Counted from the first letter of the whole stretch, positions 13,178 through 27,202 are shown. The stretch: DNA of 63,856 bases, filler included, from Octopus bimaculoides (GCF_001194135.2; 7 parts of 7 records of this genome joined end to end with filler, not necessarily neighbours in it), one strand, 5' to 3'. Notes: generated by a model not told the origin, from the letters alone. Translations and numbers: made by a program.

Positions 13178-13923
13178 CCACACACGTAAACAATAGTGGT
13201 GGTATTACCAAAAAATATTTACATTCTGCAAGAACAATATCGAGCAGTGACTTAAGCAAATGTGTTTTCTATCGAGTCTGGAGGACAGTATTTCTGTAAA
13301 TTGTAATGTTAGCCGGAATTAGCTGAGGCTGGGATGTGATTTATAACAAAAATGATTCCATGTGGCTCACCCTCCATAACACCTAACATAACATCAAAGG
13401 AATGCCGCTGGCACAGACCTGTTGCCCGGATGTTGGTGGTGGTGGTGCGGGAGCGTGTGATGTAAAGTGCACGGAAGAATTTATATAAGAAAAGAAACAT
13501 AAAAAAAGAATTAAGGGAAGAACAAAAAAAAAATGAAAAGAGTCCAGACCCACCTCCTTCATAATATTTATCTTTTATTTTACTTTTTCAAAATTTTATT
13601 TGTGTTTAATTTGAATTTATTTATGTGGGTATTTATTGCTGGCATTACATTTATTTATATTTTATTAGTGTTATCTGCTATTTAATATATGTGTGTTTTT
13701 ATAAAATACATTTTTCAATTTAAACATTAGACTTACATTCTGTGTGTGTATATATATATATATACGTTCGTACGCATGTATGCGTCTATGTGTTTGTGTC
13801 TGTGTGTGTGTCTGTATGCCTGTGCACGTGAAAATACACACACAGCCATATTAATATTTAATAGAAGCAACAGAGTGACTCAAGGTCCGAGAGTTTCGTG
13901 CGTTGGCACTCATCAAACATACC

Positions 13924-13965
<42 letters not shown>

Positions 13966-14718
13966 CACATATACACATGCATACATATATATATAAATCT
14001 ATGTATATATACATATATGCATAAAGATGTGCATATATGTATGTTTATATACATACATACACACACATATGTATGTATGTGTATATAATTATGTATATAT
14101 ACATATGTGCATACACATATGTACAAGCACACACACACAAACACGCACATATATGTACTCATGTTCGCAAATACATACAANNNNNNNNNNNNNNNNNNNN
14201 NNNNNNNNNNNNNNNNNNNNNNNNNNNNNNNNNNNNNNNNNNNNNNNNNNNNNNNNNNNNNNNNNNNNNNNNNNNNNNNNNNNNNNNNNNNNNNNNNNNN
14301 NNNNNNNNNNNNNNNNNNNNNNNNNNNNNNNNNNNNNNNNNNNNNNNNNNNNNNNNNNNNNNNNNNNNNNNNNNNNNNNNNNNNNNNNNNNNNNNNNNNN
14401 NNNNNNNNNNNNNNNNNNNNNNNNNNNNNNNNNNNNNNNNNNNNNNNNNNNNNNNNNNNNNNNNNNNNNNNNNNNNNNNNNNNNNNNNNNNNNNNNNNAT
14501 ATATATATATATATGTATATACACACACACATGCATGTGTGTATATTTATACTTGTGTCATTCTTGGAATATATTTAAGTTCTATTTTATCAGGATGGAA
14601 AGCAAGTCCCAAAGAATGTGACAAAGATTTCTTGTTTGAGTCTTGATATATCTAGGTATTCGTCTACATGCATTAGCGTCAGAATATACATACATACATA
14701 TATACATACATACATACA

Positions 14719-14758
<40 letters not shown>

Positions 14759-14993
14759 CATATTTGTGTATATACATACATGCATATTTATGATATTGTA
14801 AATGACTATATCGTACATACACATATATTCACATGCGCATATGTGATTTATACAGTGTTGTGATAACATGAGTGCGTAGGTGTGTGTATATATAAGAGTA
14901 TATAAACATATGTGTGCGTCTAAGTATTAATGACTGTATCTGGTTGTGTGAGCACACGTATGTATATTTACGCCATACTTATATATTTGTACA

Positions 14994-15049
<56 letters not shown>

Positions 15050-15319
15050 TATATATATATGCGTGTGTCTATGCATTTATGTACGTTATCTTTGTATTGC
15101 AATTATTCAAAATTCTTTCTATAAAGGAGGAACTGTTCTCTGTTTTCTAACAAAGAAATAAATCTCCATTTCTGGAATTTAAACATCAACAACGGTGAAA
15201 AGTTACATGGCGTACTTTAGAAAAATTTTGCATATCTTTTACTGTTCCTCTTTCAGGGCATTTACAAACGTAGGCAACATGAATGTACATACATACGTAC
15301 ATACATACATACACACATC

Positions 15320-15650
15320 GAGCAGAGGTCAGTAATGCCTGTGCAGAGTTTTAGGTCCAAAAGGCTTGTACGACACCTCAGTGACCCTTTCCTCTCTATT
15401 GACATTATCCAGAGACAAGCGAGAGCGAGATGTCTGGTGCCAATATGGGTCGCAGGCTCAGGAATGTGGGAGAGCCATGATCTCTAGCACAAACCAAAGA
15501 TCCCCAAAATGTCCAATGCCATTCCCTGCATATCTGGTTTTATATCAGAGTGACCTTCTTCTAGAGACATGCTTCAACAGAAGCTGAGAGGTGCCCCACT
15601 CCCAGTGGTCTTCTAGTACACCGGACACCATTCCGGAATTTCTGCGTACC
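15320..15650 (-). mobile_element. Possible highly decayed RTE ORF2 fragment
   Basis: GC-richer island; patchy resemblance (RIARV.., GHFG....IM, DP.W) to the RTE thumb region across frames. Confidence 0.3.
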
Positions 15651-16955
15651 CGTGCTATTCTTAGATAACCGTTGAGCCTGTACTATGTTTATCTGACATA
15701 CATACGTACATACATGCATACATACATAAATAGATGCATGCATACATACATACATGCATACATACATACATACATACATACATACATACATACACACATA
15801 CATACATACACACATATATGTGTCTATATGTATATATATATATATATATATACATACTCACTGCTAAAACCTTAACAATCTTTCTCCCCCAGATATCAAT
15901 TTCTTCTCCGCATACATAACTACCTTAAACTCTTGTTAAATATTTCTCTAACTTTCTTCGGAGCCCCCGACAATTCTCACCGCATTCAACTTCGAAGCAC
16001 CAAAGGATTACCATTACCAGTAATTCGCACGTTTCATGAAAGAAAGCAAAAGCACTTTTAATACGTTAAATGAGAAGCACAATGGACGAACTCAATCTAA
16101 AAACAGTGTTTAGGTCTTCAGACTTTGACAGCAATAGAATTATGCACGTAGACATGGATTCAACAAAATAATTATAGACTAAAAAAAAAAAACAAAGAAA
16201 TAAAATGTCACAAAGCAAAAAGAAAAAAAAATAGGACGCCAACAAAATATACAACCTCAACAATGCACCAAAATAGCAAACGTCATAAGAACCAGAGACA
16301 ATCTCCAAGACAATACACTGAAACCACGCACAACCGAAATAAAACTCTGTATCAAACAACTAAACAAGAAAATAATAAATAAAAGAAAAAATGTCTGAAT
16401 GGACCAGAGAAAAAGCAGAAAATTAACAAATATTTGTATTCAATATAAACGAAAAACCAAGTGTAAAAATTATATGGAATAATTAGTTTTACCATACAAT
16501 ACATCGTTTTACAATAACGACCGCAAAAAACCAACCCACACTGTAACATCGGACACGTTGGTTTCCATAAATATCTATTTTGAGACGTTTATGGGAAAGC
16601 AGTTACCAGAAATCACACAAAGAAGACAGAGGTTTAAAACGGAAATTTATGCAACGTTTATTTAGGCCTCAATTTCGATGCCTATCTTCTTTTATTTCGT
16701 CTTTCCCTGATATTTATGGTGTTTTTAAACACAGCACGTCCGTAAGAGATGTGATCTCTAGACAAGTACCGTAGTAATTAAGTAGCTAGCCTATAGACGG
16801 TGTGTATACATTAAGCATGATGCATGGATGGCTATTTTAGTTAAATACTGGCTGAATTGCGTATACCTAATATGCATACAGGCACGTGCGCGCTCGCTCA
16901 CACACACGTGCACAGGCATATGTATGTATATATATATATATATACACATATATAC

Positions 16956-17010
<55 letters not shown>

Positions 17011-17314
17011 NNNNNNNNNNNNNNNNNNNNNNNNNNNNNNNNNNNNNNNNNNNNNNNNNNNNNNNNNNNNNNNNNNNNNNNNNNNNNNNNNNNNNNNNNN
17101 NNNNNNNNNNNNNNNNNNNNNNNNNNNNNNNNNNNNNNNNNNNNNNNNNNNNNNNNNNNNNNNNNNNNNNNNNNNNNNNNNNNNNNNNNNNNNNNNNNNN
17201 NNNNNNNNNNNNNNNNNNNNNNNNNNNNNNNNNNNNNNNNNNNNNNNNNNNNNNNNNNNNNNNNNNNNNNNNNNNNNNNNNNNNNNNNNNNNNNNNNNNN
17301 NNNNNNNNNNNNNN

Positions 17315-17367
<53 letters not shown>

Positions 17368-17373
17368 TAAGCA

Positions 17374-17798
17374 GTGTTTACGAATGAGCAGAATTTAGGT
17401 TAGATGAAATATGTTTGTGACATATTTCAACTGCTACAAGGCAAATATACTACCTAACTACTGCTTGGCACTAACACTTCGTTATTTATCTCGATCGGGT
17501 GATCTATTAGCGCAAATCAGTCAACAGATTGACTGAATCAGATATAAAGCTATGGCTTTATAAGTCCGTTCAGAGTCGCCTCTCTTAAGTACATCTCATC
17601 GACAAGAGCCAAGAAGCATGAAACATCGATGTCTGGGATTCCTAATAGATGGCGACATTGAACGAACCGGGTGTTTTCACACATTTTTACCATAAGAGAG
17701 ATATATTCACCACGGTAACGGCAATGTATTTGCCGTTTAGGAGTTGAAATATGTCAGAAACATATTTCAACTAACCCAATTCTACTCATAAATACATA
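17374..17798. mobile_element. Foldback/MITE-like element with about 75-bp inverted arms
   Basis: atgagcagaatttaggttagatgaaatatgtttgtgacatatttcaact (left) is the near reverse complement of agttgaaatatgtcagaaacatatttcaactaacccaattctactcat (right). Confidence 0.7.
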
Positions 17799-17816
17799 CA
17801 CACATACATACATACT

Positions 17817-17862
<46 letters not shown>

Positions 17863-17960
17863 GATTCAAAATTGAATGTGGCACTTAAGTTTAGGCACCA
17901 GAATATAGTATGGTATTATCCAAACAATTTCAAAAACAAGGTGATCAAAAAAAAAATTAA

Positions 17961-18158
17961 AAAAGCAACACGGATTTTAAAGGTTATTGCAGTACGCACG
18001 TTTCTGCTGAAATGAAATTTTCAGTAAATTTTCTACATTTTTATGCAGCTGAAGATTGCTCTGTATTTAGCATTTAATGTAATGCTCGCATTACTTAAAT
18101 AAATGGAGTAGCATGAAACGTGCGTACTGCAATAACCTTTAAAATCCGTGTTGCTTTT
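17961..18158. repeat. Perfect 44-bp inverted repeat with 110-bp spacer
   Basis: 17961-18004 is the exact reverse complement of 18115-18158. Confidence 0.85.
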
Positions 18159-18649
18159 GATGTATATATATATATATATCGTGGAGATTTTGTGAAAGAC
18201 ATTTGACTGTTATTTCTCTCATCTTGGGTGACCATGTTGGACTCAGAGAAGCAGAAACATCAACATTAACCATATCATTCTCACAACAGTTGGCGTTAAA
18301 CCACATCCTTTGACTCATTAAATACAATTAATTACTTGACAATGTAAATAATATCGTTGCGGAATTATTGTGACTGATTGGTAACGCGAAAGCTGCGCAG
18401 AACATTCTCGCAATGTGTGGGCCATCGGCGTTATTTAAATTTCAGTTAGAATTAAACAAGATCCTTAACTAGGAATCACAACAAAGTAACATAACATATA
18501 TACATTTATGATGGCGTAACATACAGATGTCCTTAATACTATAAAAAACTTACACACACCCTTAATCCATCACACACGCATGTGTGTGTGTATGTATGTA
18601 TATATATATATACACATACGTGTGTGGGTGTTTATATATGCATACATAT

Positions 18650-18723
<74 letters not shown>

Positions 18724-18918
18724 ATATGCGAGAGAGTTAGGGGTTGAGGATTCAACCGACTAAGGGATAGTATCTATCCTATATACTGCTGGGAGTGTAC
18801 CCAATTATTGTTACACTAGTGTTATACCATGTGCAATAAATGGGAGCGGGTAAAAAAAGGGGGGGTTACCCTAAATTTGTATATCAATTAGAAAATGGAG
18901 GATAATATGCTGATAATA

Positions 18919-19150
18919 TGTATATTTTAATGGGGAAGGTCGGCCTTTGGGATCACTCTGGGCCTCCTGTCCACAAAGAACCGAGCCCTATGGCGCATTG
19001 CAAGACCCTAAAACCTGCTGGCCTAAAGAGGTCTTGGACCTGTCCGGCCAACGGGTTTTGGGGTCTGACAGTGCGCCACGGAGCTAGGCCCTTTGTGGAC
19101 GGGAGGCCCGCGGTGATCCCATAGGCCGGCTTTCCCCATTAAAATATACA
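18919..19150. mobile_element. GC-rich palindromic foldback element
   Basis: 105-bp arms (18919-19023, 19046-19150), roughly 80-85% identical by eye, 22-nt loop. Confidence 0.8.
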
Positions 19151-19201
19151 CGGTTTTATATCTTGGAGTGTGCTTCTTCTCGGATTTATGTTTTCTACAG
19201 A

Positions 19202-19249
<48 letters not shown>

Positions 19250-19775
19250 TTATATATATATGCATATATAAATATATGTATACATACGTACATACATGCA
19301 CAAACACACATACACACATGCATGCACTCTTTTATAACTCAGTTGTCCTTGTAAGATGACACTAAAGAAAATGGTTACGGCAGTTAGTCTGGTTAATATA
19401 GCGAAAGTGCTTGCAAGCGAATTTCTGGCTGTCAAATTGTCGCTTATAATTGCCAACGAAAACTAAATGTATTTGCATAGAATATATAAAAACAAAGACA
19501 AAAATAATTGCAGTTTTGTCTTTAAAGTATCAAGTCTTAAAGAAAACGTCTGCTATAAAACTTATGCTTACATGTATATATGCCTTGTATGTATGTATGT
19601 ATATATGTATGTGTGTTGGTTTCTGTTTTTAATTATTTGAAGTCTTCCAGTAAGCAAGGAGCTGGTTTCTAACAAAGTTACAAAGCTCCTTCGATGGCAT
19701 GCAGATAACGAAAACAAATTCACATTTTGAACTTGAGAAAAGGTTTGCATATTTTGATTGTTCAGCTTACTAATT

Positions 19776-20170
19776 GCACAAAGTGTTCGAGACGTGTCTC
19801 CTCAGTAAGTATTTTATTGCAAAACAAATATTTATAAGATGGTATAAAACTACAAAAGAATATATTAGACATTACAAGACTTTAAGAAATTTTATGAGAG
19901 GTGTTGAAAGTGTCGTCCTTCATTTGCAGTACATAAGTTTTAACTCTTCCACACATGTTTTGAAATACATATTGGAGCGTCTGACGCATCTTTTAGCACA
20001 TTAATGGTTTTCGGGCGATTCTTGTACACTGATCATTTATTTGTTCCCCAGAAAAAAAAAAAAGTCTGGCGGTGTTAAATCAGGTGATCTTGGTGGCAAA
20101 AGTCCCTTCGAAATAATCCGTTCACCGAAAGACTCTTGAAGTAGCACCATGGTGATGCGCAAAAAAGTAT
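19776..20170 (-). mobile_element. Tc1/mariner transposase C-terminal remnant
   Basis: FGERIISKGLLPPRSPDLTPPDFF..WG motif and terminal ANEGRHFQHLS-stop. Confidence 0.8.
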
Positions 20171-20500
20171 GTGCCTTTTTTCAGCAAGTTCCATCTTGCT
20201 GAAAGTAGGCATTATTAATTTCCCTTTCAAATGGATAGACAATATATGAGCAATATCTGTAGGTGTTGATGGTATCACTGCAGAGAGACCTTTTGAACAC
20301 CCTATATTTGTAATGCGCTCGTTAGCTGATTTGTTTAATTTATCTGAAAACCTTAGCTTATCTGAACTGTCATTTAGGCATTTACTAACGAAACCAAATG
20401 CGACTATTTTTTTTATTATTGGTATAAATTTGTATATGTACCCATCTATGTATATAAGTATACATATATATATAAGTATATATATGTGTATGTAAATATA

Positions 20501-20694
20501 CAAATGGGTGCTGAAAAGCTCCTGGCTTTGGGTAACAGAAAATACAGGAGGATCAGTTAATTGTGATTTTATTCAACATTTTCCCTTCTCAGATTCGCAC
20601 TTATTGCGTCACTCCTTCAGTTTTTCTAAACCCTGTAAAAGAACTCAGAAGGTTGGGTCCCCAACCAGCCCTGAACTTTTCAGCACCCCCGTCG
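20501..20694 (-). mobile_element. Internally deleted mariner (MITE-like)
   Basis: Imperfect TIRs with core GGGTGCTGAAAAG, TA on both sides; interior resembles the mariner C-terminus (SEFFYR...NLR.ENVE-stop). Confidence 0.75.
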
Positions 20695-21274
20695 TATTTT
20701 ATGTATGAAACAGATCTAAATCGTCAGCAGAATGCTTAGACCACTAGTTTAGACAGAATGTTAAGCGGTATTTTTTTGGGGGGTGGGGCTTTATGTCTGA
20801 ATTCCAATTCTGTTAAGTTCGACTTTGTCTTTCGTCCTTTCGGGTTTCAGTAATGGAATCGATGTAATCGACTAGTCCTCTCCCTCCGCCTTCCCTCCAA
20901 ATTCCAGGCCTTGTGCCTGTTAGAGAAAGAATTTATGAAGCAAGGATGAAATGTGACGAACACTTGATTCAACTTTGAAACAAAAAAACGCAAATCGATG
21001 CCAAAAAAAAAGGGTTCTTTTAGGGATTTCTATCGTAGAGAATGGTGAAGGCGAAGAAGTATTAAGATGGAAATGAACTGAAAATGAGGAATACTGAATG
21101 AATGAATAAAAAGAGTAAAGAATATAAAGTAAACCTATAAATAAAAATAGTTATATGGCCTGCAGTGTTTACGGTATGATTAAATAATCTATACATATTT
21201 TAAAACAAATTCTCATACACAAATTGCGTATATTAGACTACAGCTTCTGAAAAAAATTAGCCAATAAGTTTAGG

Positions 21275-21941
21275 GACGAAATTATCCTGACTTGGTCATT
21301 CTCAAAGGTCAATTACCCTTCATTTAATTGCTCATGAGGATGAATTATAGCAATCGCTATGTAAATCAAACACAAACTAGTACCTAGTTGAAAAAGGCTG
21401 TCTGAATTTGCAAAACGTGCATTTATCGACGACTCTAGATAATGAACAGCTATGTGTAATATTTTATGCACAAACAGCGTGTGTAGAAAATGTATATTAG
21501 ACTACAGCTTCTGAAAAATTAGTGAATAAATCTAGAGTCTAGTTTGTGTTATGAAAGTGATTTATATAGAATGATTTAAGTAACGATTATTATAATCTGT
21601 TTTCGTTGGCAGAACTGTAAGTAACCAACTGACTAATACGCATGTCTCAATAATCTTTATTTCTTTTCTTATGTGCGAAGAAAAATATGATGCAGTTACT
21701 GTAGTCAAATTGGCAGTCAGACATTTTCTAACAAATGCTGCTTGTGCATAAAATAATACACATAGTTGTCATTATTCAATAACGATGTCGATAAATGCAC
21801 GTTTTGCAAATTCAAATAGACTTTTTCAGCTAGGTTCTAGTTTGTGTTTGATTTACATAGCGATTGCTATAACTCGTCCTTGTGAGCAACTGAATGACGA
21901 GTAATTGACCTTTGAGATGACCAAGTCAAGATAATTTCGTC
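21275..21941. mobile_element. Long-TIR non-autonomous DNA element, unclassified
   Basis: About 215-bp inverted arms at 21275-21493 and 21721-21941 sharing blocks such as ttatagcaatcgctatgtaaatcaaacacaaactag. Confidence 0.8.
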
Positions 21942-22138
21942 TATGTTTCTGTGTGAGAAGAGAATAATATATTGACACCTTTTTTCCCTCTGTAATGTAA
22001 CTATATCAAATTTATCATCTCAGATTTTTTTATATACGCTCTTCGTGCATAAAATATCTAAGATATAATGTGTGTATATATATGAATACCAATGTGCATA
22101 TATAAGTGAATACACGTACTCTCTTTCTCTATCCACCT

Positions 22139-22198
<60 letters not shown>

Positions 22199-23267
22199 TT
22201 GAGCATTATACATATTTCAATCAGATAATCTACATAGCCACAGTTTGTGTAAAGCAACAACTGTCTGGTATTAGTTCTGGAATAAAAATANNNNNNNNNN
22301 NNNNNNNNNNNNNNNNNNNNNNNNNNNNNNNNNNNNNNNNNNNNNNNNNNNNNNNNNNNNNNNNNNNNNNNNNNNNNNNNNNNNNNNNNNNNNNNNNNNN
22401 NNNNNNNNNNNNNNNNNNNNNNNNNNNNNNNNNNNNNNNNNNNNNNNNNNNNNNNNNNNNNNNNNNNNNNNNNNNNNNNNNNNNNNNNNNNNNNNNNNNN
22501 NNNNNNNNNNNNNNNNNNNNNNNNNNNNNNNNNNNNNNNNNNNNNNNNNNNNNNNNNNNNNNNNNNNNNNNNNNNNNNNNNNNNNNNNNNNNNNNNNNNN
22601 NNNNNNNNNNNNNNNNNNNNNNNNNNNNNNNNNNNNNNNNNNNNNNNNNNNNNNNNNNNNNNNNNNNNNNNNNNNNNNNNNNNNNNNNNNNNNNNNNNNN
22701 NNNNNNNNNNNNNNNNNNNNNNNNNNNNNNNNNNNNNNNNNNNNNNNNNNNNNNNNNNNNNNNNNNNNNNNNNNNNNNNNNNNNNNNNNNNNNNNNNNNN
22801 NNNNNNNNNNNNNNNNNNNNNNNNNNNNNNNNNNNNNNNNNNNNNNNNNNNNNNNNNNNNNNNNNNNNNNNNNNNNNNNNNNNNNNNNNNNNNNNNNNNN
22901 NNNNNNNNNNNNNNNNNNNNNNNNNNNNNNNNNNNNNNNNNNNNNNNNNNNNNNNNNNNNNNNNNNNNNNNNNNNNNNNNNNNNNNNNNNNNNNNNNNNN
23001 NNNNNNNNNNNNNNNNNNNNNNNNNNNNNNNNNNNNNNNNNNNNNNNNNNNNNNNNNNNNNNNNNNNNNNNNNNNNNNNNNNNNNNNNNNNNNNNNNNNN
23101 NNNNNNNNNNNNNNNNNNNNNNNNNNNNNNNNNNNNNNNNNNNNNNNNNNNNNNNNNNNNNNNNNNNNNNNNNNNNNNNNNNNNNNNNNNNNNNNNNNNN
23201 NNNNNNNNNNNNNNNNNNNNNNNNNNNNNNNNNNNNNNNNNNNNNNNNNNNNNNNNNNNNNNNNNNN

Positions 23268-23281
23268 TGATGGTGATGACA

Positions 23282-23327
<46 letters not shown>

Positions 23328-23600
23328 CAATGATGGTGATGATTATGATGATGCTGATGAATATGAAGTTGGTGATGATGGTAATGATGTTGATGATGAT
23401 GATGATGATGATGGTAATGATGTTGATGATGAAGATGGTGATGATAATGATGATGATGATCATCATCATCATCATCATCACCATTGTCATTATCACCACC
23501 ACCATTAAAACCACAACCATCATTACTATCAGCACCAGCACCACCACCATTATCATGACGATGTCGATGATAATGTTAACGATGATAATGACGTATAATT
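23268..23600 (+). repeat. Compound (GAT)n/(CAT)n microsatellite
   Basis: Read directly. Confidence 0.9.
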
Positions 23601-23855
23601 AGTTGATTTGCATAATTAAAACATTACATTGTGGTATTGAAAAACACTTTATTAATATACACATTATAAAGGTACCGACTTAAAACAAGAAAGAAAAAAA
23701 TGAGTAGCTGGTTGGTCTCGAACCTAGCATCTATCGCTTTCTGTATAACCATGTTCTCGATTATCTGTTACTTGATCCATCTTCTTTCAGTTAGTTCATT
23801 GCTGCTCTCGGCCTTAATTGCTGCTTACAATGACCACTATCAATTTAAAGAATAT

Positions 23856-24040
23856 GGCGGCGGGCTGGCAGAATCGTTAGCGCGCTGGGCGAAATGCTTA
23901 GCGGTATTTCGTCTGTCTACACGTTCTAAGTTCAAATTCCGCCGAGGTCGACTTTGCTTTTAATCCTGGCGTCAATTTTATCGACTTACCCGCTTGCCTT
24001 AAATTAGTGGCCTTGTGCCAAAATATGAGACTAATATTAA
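23856..24040 (+). mobile_element. SINE family A copy
   Basis: ggcggcgggctggcagaatcgttagc...aagttcaaattccgccgaggtcgactttgc. Confidence 0.8.
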
Positions 24041-25308
24041 TTTAATGAATTGACCAACTCAGAGCCTCAGAGAAAACCTCTCAATGTGTGTTCTAATTCA
24101 CGATGTTCTGAGTTCAAATCCTACCGATTTTAACACTGCTATTCATTCTGCATTTGACAAAATAAAGTGCTCGTTAAAGAACATGGAAGGGCAACAGAAT
24201 CATTAGAGCNNNNNNNNNNNNNNNNNNNNNNNNNNNNNNNNNNNNNNNNNNNNNNNNNNNNNNNNNNNNNNNNNNNNNNNNNNNNNNNNNNNNNNNNNNN
24301 NNNNNNNNNNNNNNNNNNNNNNNNNNNNNNNNNNNNNNNNNNNNNNNNNNNNNNNNNNNNNNNNNNNNNNNNNNNNNNNNNNNNNNNNNNNNNNNNNNNN
24401 NNNNNNNNNNNNNNNNNNNNNNNNNNNNNNNNNNNNNNNNNNNNNNNNNNNNNNNNNNNNNNNNNNNNNNNNNNNNNNNNNNNNNNNNNNNNNNNNNNNN
24501 NNNNNNNNNNNNNNNNNNNNNNNNNNNNNNNNNNNNNNNNNNNNNNNNNNNNNNNNNNNNNNNNNNNNNNNNNNNNNNNNNNNNNNNNNNNNNNNNNNNN
24601 NNNNNNNNNNNNNNNNNNNNNNNNNNNNNNNNNNNNNNNTGAATACGGTATCGGTCCTTGTCTTCTTCCCTTTGGACCACAACCGTGAGGCGGAGGGGGA
24701 GAGGTTTACGGAGTGGGCACAGAGTGAATCTTCCGAATAAAACAAAACAAAAAAACCCCCAAAAACTTTAAACAAACCTTTTGTTTTTTAAGGGCGCAGG
24801 CGTCGCTGTGTTGTAAGAAGCTTGCTTCACAACGATATGGTTCTGAGTTCAGTCCCGCTGCGTGGCATCTTAGGTAAATGTCTTCTACTATAGCCTCGGG
24901 CCGACTAAAGCCTTGCGAGTGGATTTGGTAGACGGAAACTAAAAAGAAGCCCATCATGTATATGTGTGTATGTGTGTGTTTGCTGAAGCTCTATAGAGAA
25001 GGCATTAGTAGTTAATAATTTATCTTTTATTTACGTGATTCAGTCACGGCCATGCTGGGGCACTACGTTGAGGAATTTTAGCCGGACGAATCGACTTCAA
25101 TGACTAATTTTTTTTAAAGCCGTGTACTTCTTCTATCGTTCTCTTTTTGCCGAACCGATAATTACATACCAGCATTGACATATATAACACACGCACATGC
25201 AAACATGCGCACGCACATACGGGCATGCACACACACACACACGAGCACATGCACACATATACACACGCGCACATGCACACATACACACACACACACACAC
25301 GCGCGCAT

Positions 25309-25347
<39 letters not shown>

Positions 25348-25843
25348 ACAGGCTTCTTCTCAGTTTCCATCTACTAAATCCATTCATAAGGTTTTGGTCG
25401 ACCTAAGGAATTTCAACCATGTTTCGTGGTNNNNNNNNNNNNNNNNNNNNNNNNNNNNNNNNNNNNNNNNNNNNNNNNNNNNNNNNNNNNNNNNNNNNNN
25501 NNNNNNNNNNNNNNNNNNNNNNNNNNNNNNNNNNNNNNNNNNNNNNNNNNNNNNNNNNNNNNNNNNNNNNNNNNNNNNNNNNNNNNNNNNNNNNNNNNNN
25601 NNNNNNNNNNNNNNNNNNNNNNNNNNNNNNNNNNNNNNNNNNNNNNNNNNNNNNNNNNNNNNNNNNNNNNNNNNNNNNNNNNNNNNNNNNNNNNNNNNNN
25701 NNNNNNNNNNNNNNNNNNNNNNNNNNNNNNNNNNNNNNNNNNNNNNNNNNNNNNNNNNNNNNNNNNNNNNNNNNNNNNNNNNNNNNNNNNNNNNNNNNNN
25801 NNNNNNNNNNNNNNNNNNNNNNNNNNNNNNNNNNNNNNNNNNN

Positions 25844-26460
25844 AGCCATTTTTGGTCTTCCTGCTTCAGCCATATACAGAAGCTGGCTTTTTCGACCGCC
25901 TTCTGTATTCTCCTTATTAGTTTTCTTAGTTCCGAGCTAGAAAATGCAAATCTTCTTTTGGATAACGTTGTCATTTTTCTTTCAACGAAGCCCCTAGCCC
26001 CCACTGCCAGATGGTAATACTCGACAGTCCACCCCTGTTCTCTACACTCTTTGATTAGTTTTTCGTACCTCTTCTCCTTTCGTTTCTCTGCATTGTCGAT
26101 GTTCTCTTCCCATGGCACTGTCAGTTCTAGCAAAATTCCTATTCTCCGTTCTCTGTCCTATAGGACTAAGTCTGGTCTTTTTGTCGTTTTTTTTTTGAGT
26201 GGAAATATTACTAGTCTTCCCGAATTCGTGGCCAGCTCCCAGTATCCCTTCCATCTTTCGTCTATCTCGTATATTCTATTTGGAGGCCTGGTCTTATGTC
26301 CTTTTCCCTCCTTCTGGAAGTATATTTTCCTGCGTTTTTCCACTTTTGGGTACTCTCCCCTATTGTATCCCTCGATCTTCTCCTTGAGCGCTGCGCTTAT
26401 GACGCTGAGGACTTGATTATCACGCCATGTATACCTTTCTAGTGCTAGTCTGCACTAGCT
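25844..26460 (-). mobile_element. RLE-type non-LTR retrotransposon 3' fragment (HERO-like)
   Basis: YTWRDNQVL, RPDLVL and ELTVPWEENI..A..RK..RYEKL...C...GW......VGARGF motifs of the restriction-like endonuclease; frameshifted; runs into a gap. Confidence 0.85.
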
Positions 26461-27202
26461 CGAGAATACACTTGCTCAAGGTACTATGCAGTGAGACTGA
26501 ACCCGGAACCATGTGGTTCCGGGTTCAGTACTTGTTTTAAAGTCAGCTATTTACTCTATTGGTCTCTTTTGCCGAACCGCTATGTCATTGGGACCTAAGC
26601 AAACCAACACCTGTTGTCAAGAAGTGTGCATGTGCGTGTGACAAACACAGATACAAGCACACACACGACGGGATTCCACTCAGTTTTCCCTCTGCTAAAT
26701 TCACTCACAAGGCATTGGATGTCCCGGGCTGTGGTAGAAGACCCATACCCGCGGTTCCACGTAGTGGGACTGAACTAGCATCCATGTGGTTGCAAAGCTA
26801 GCTTCTTAACCACACAACTGTGCCTACACTCTCTGGAAATTTGTTGAATTTCAAGGTATCTATGCTAGATTTACCTGTTCTCTCAATATGTTATCAACGT
26901 AAACCAATAACCGTGATTCTGGTTCCTGCACACAGAGATATCGTTTAACCATTTCTTTCGATCTTGTTTTTATTTCGGTTAGTTTGCACTTTAGGTGTTT
27001 GCAGCGGATAAATATATTCTTTTCACTTCTCCAAGATAACCATTTGTTTATTTAAGAACTTGAACAAAGAATTAAATCTCAAGAATGCGCAAGAATCTGA
27101 AATGTATCTGCAAAAATGTCATGCAAAGCCAAGAAAAACAAAAACTAATAAAAATAAAAAAGAAAAGAAATTTCAAGACTTTCTAAAGAAATATATCCTA
27201 GC

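Noticed and set aside
13390-13490. Cys-containing peptide TCCPDVGGGGAGACDVKC as a WAP-domain piece
   Set aside because: Bounded by stops, no splice sites, and Cys spacing does not match WAP.
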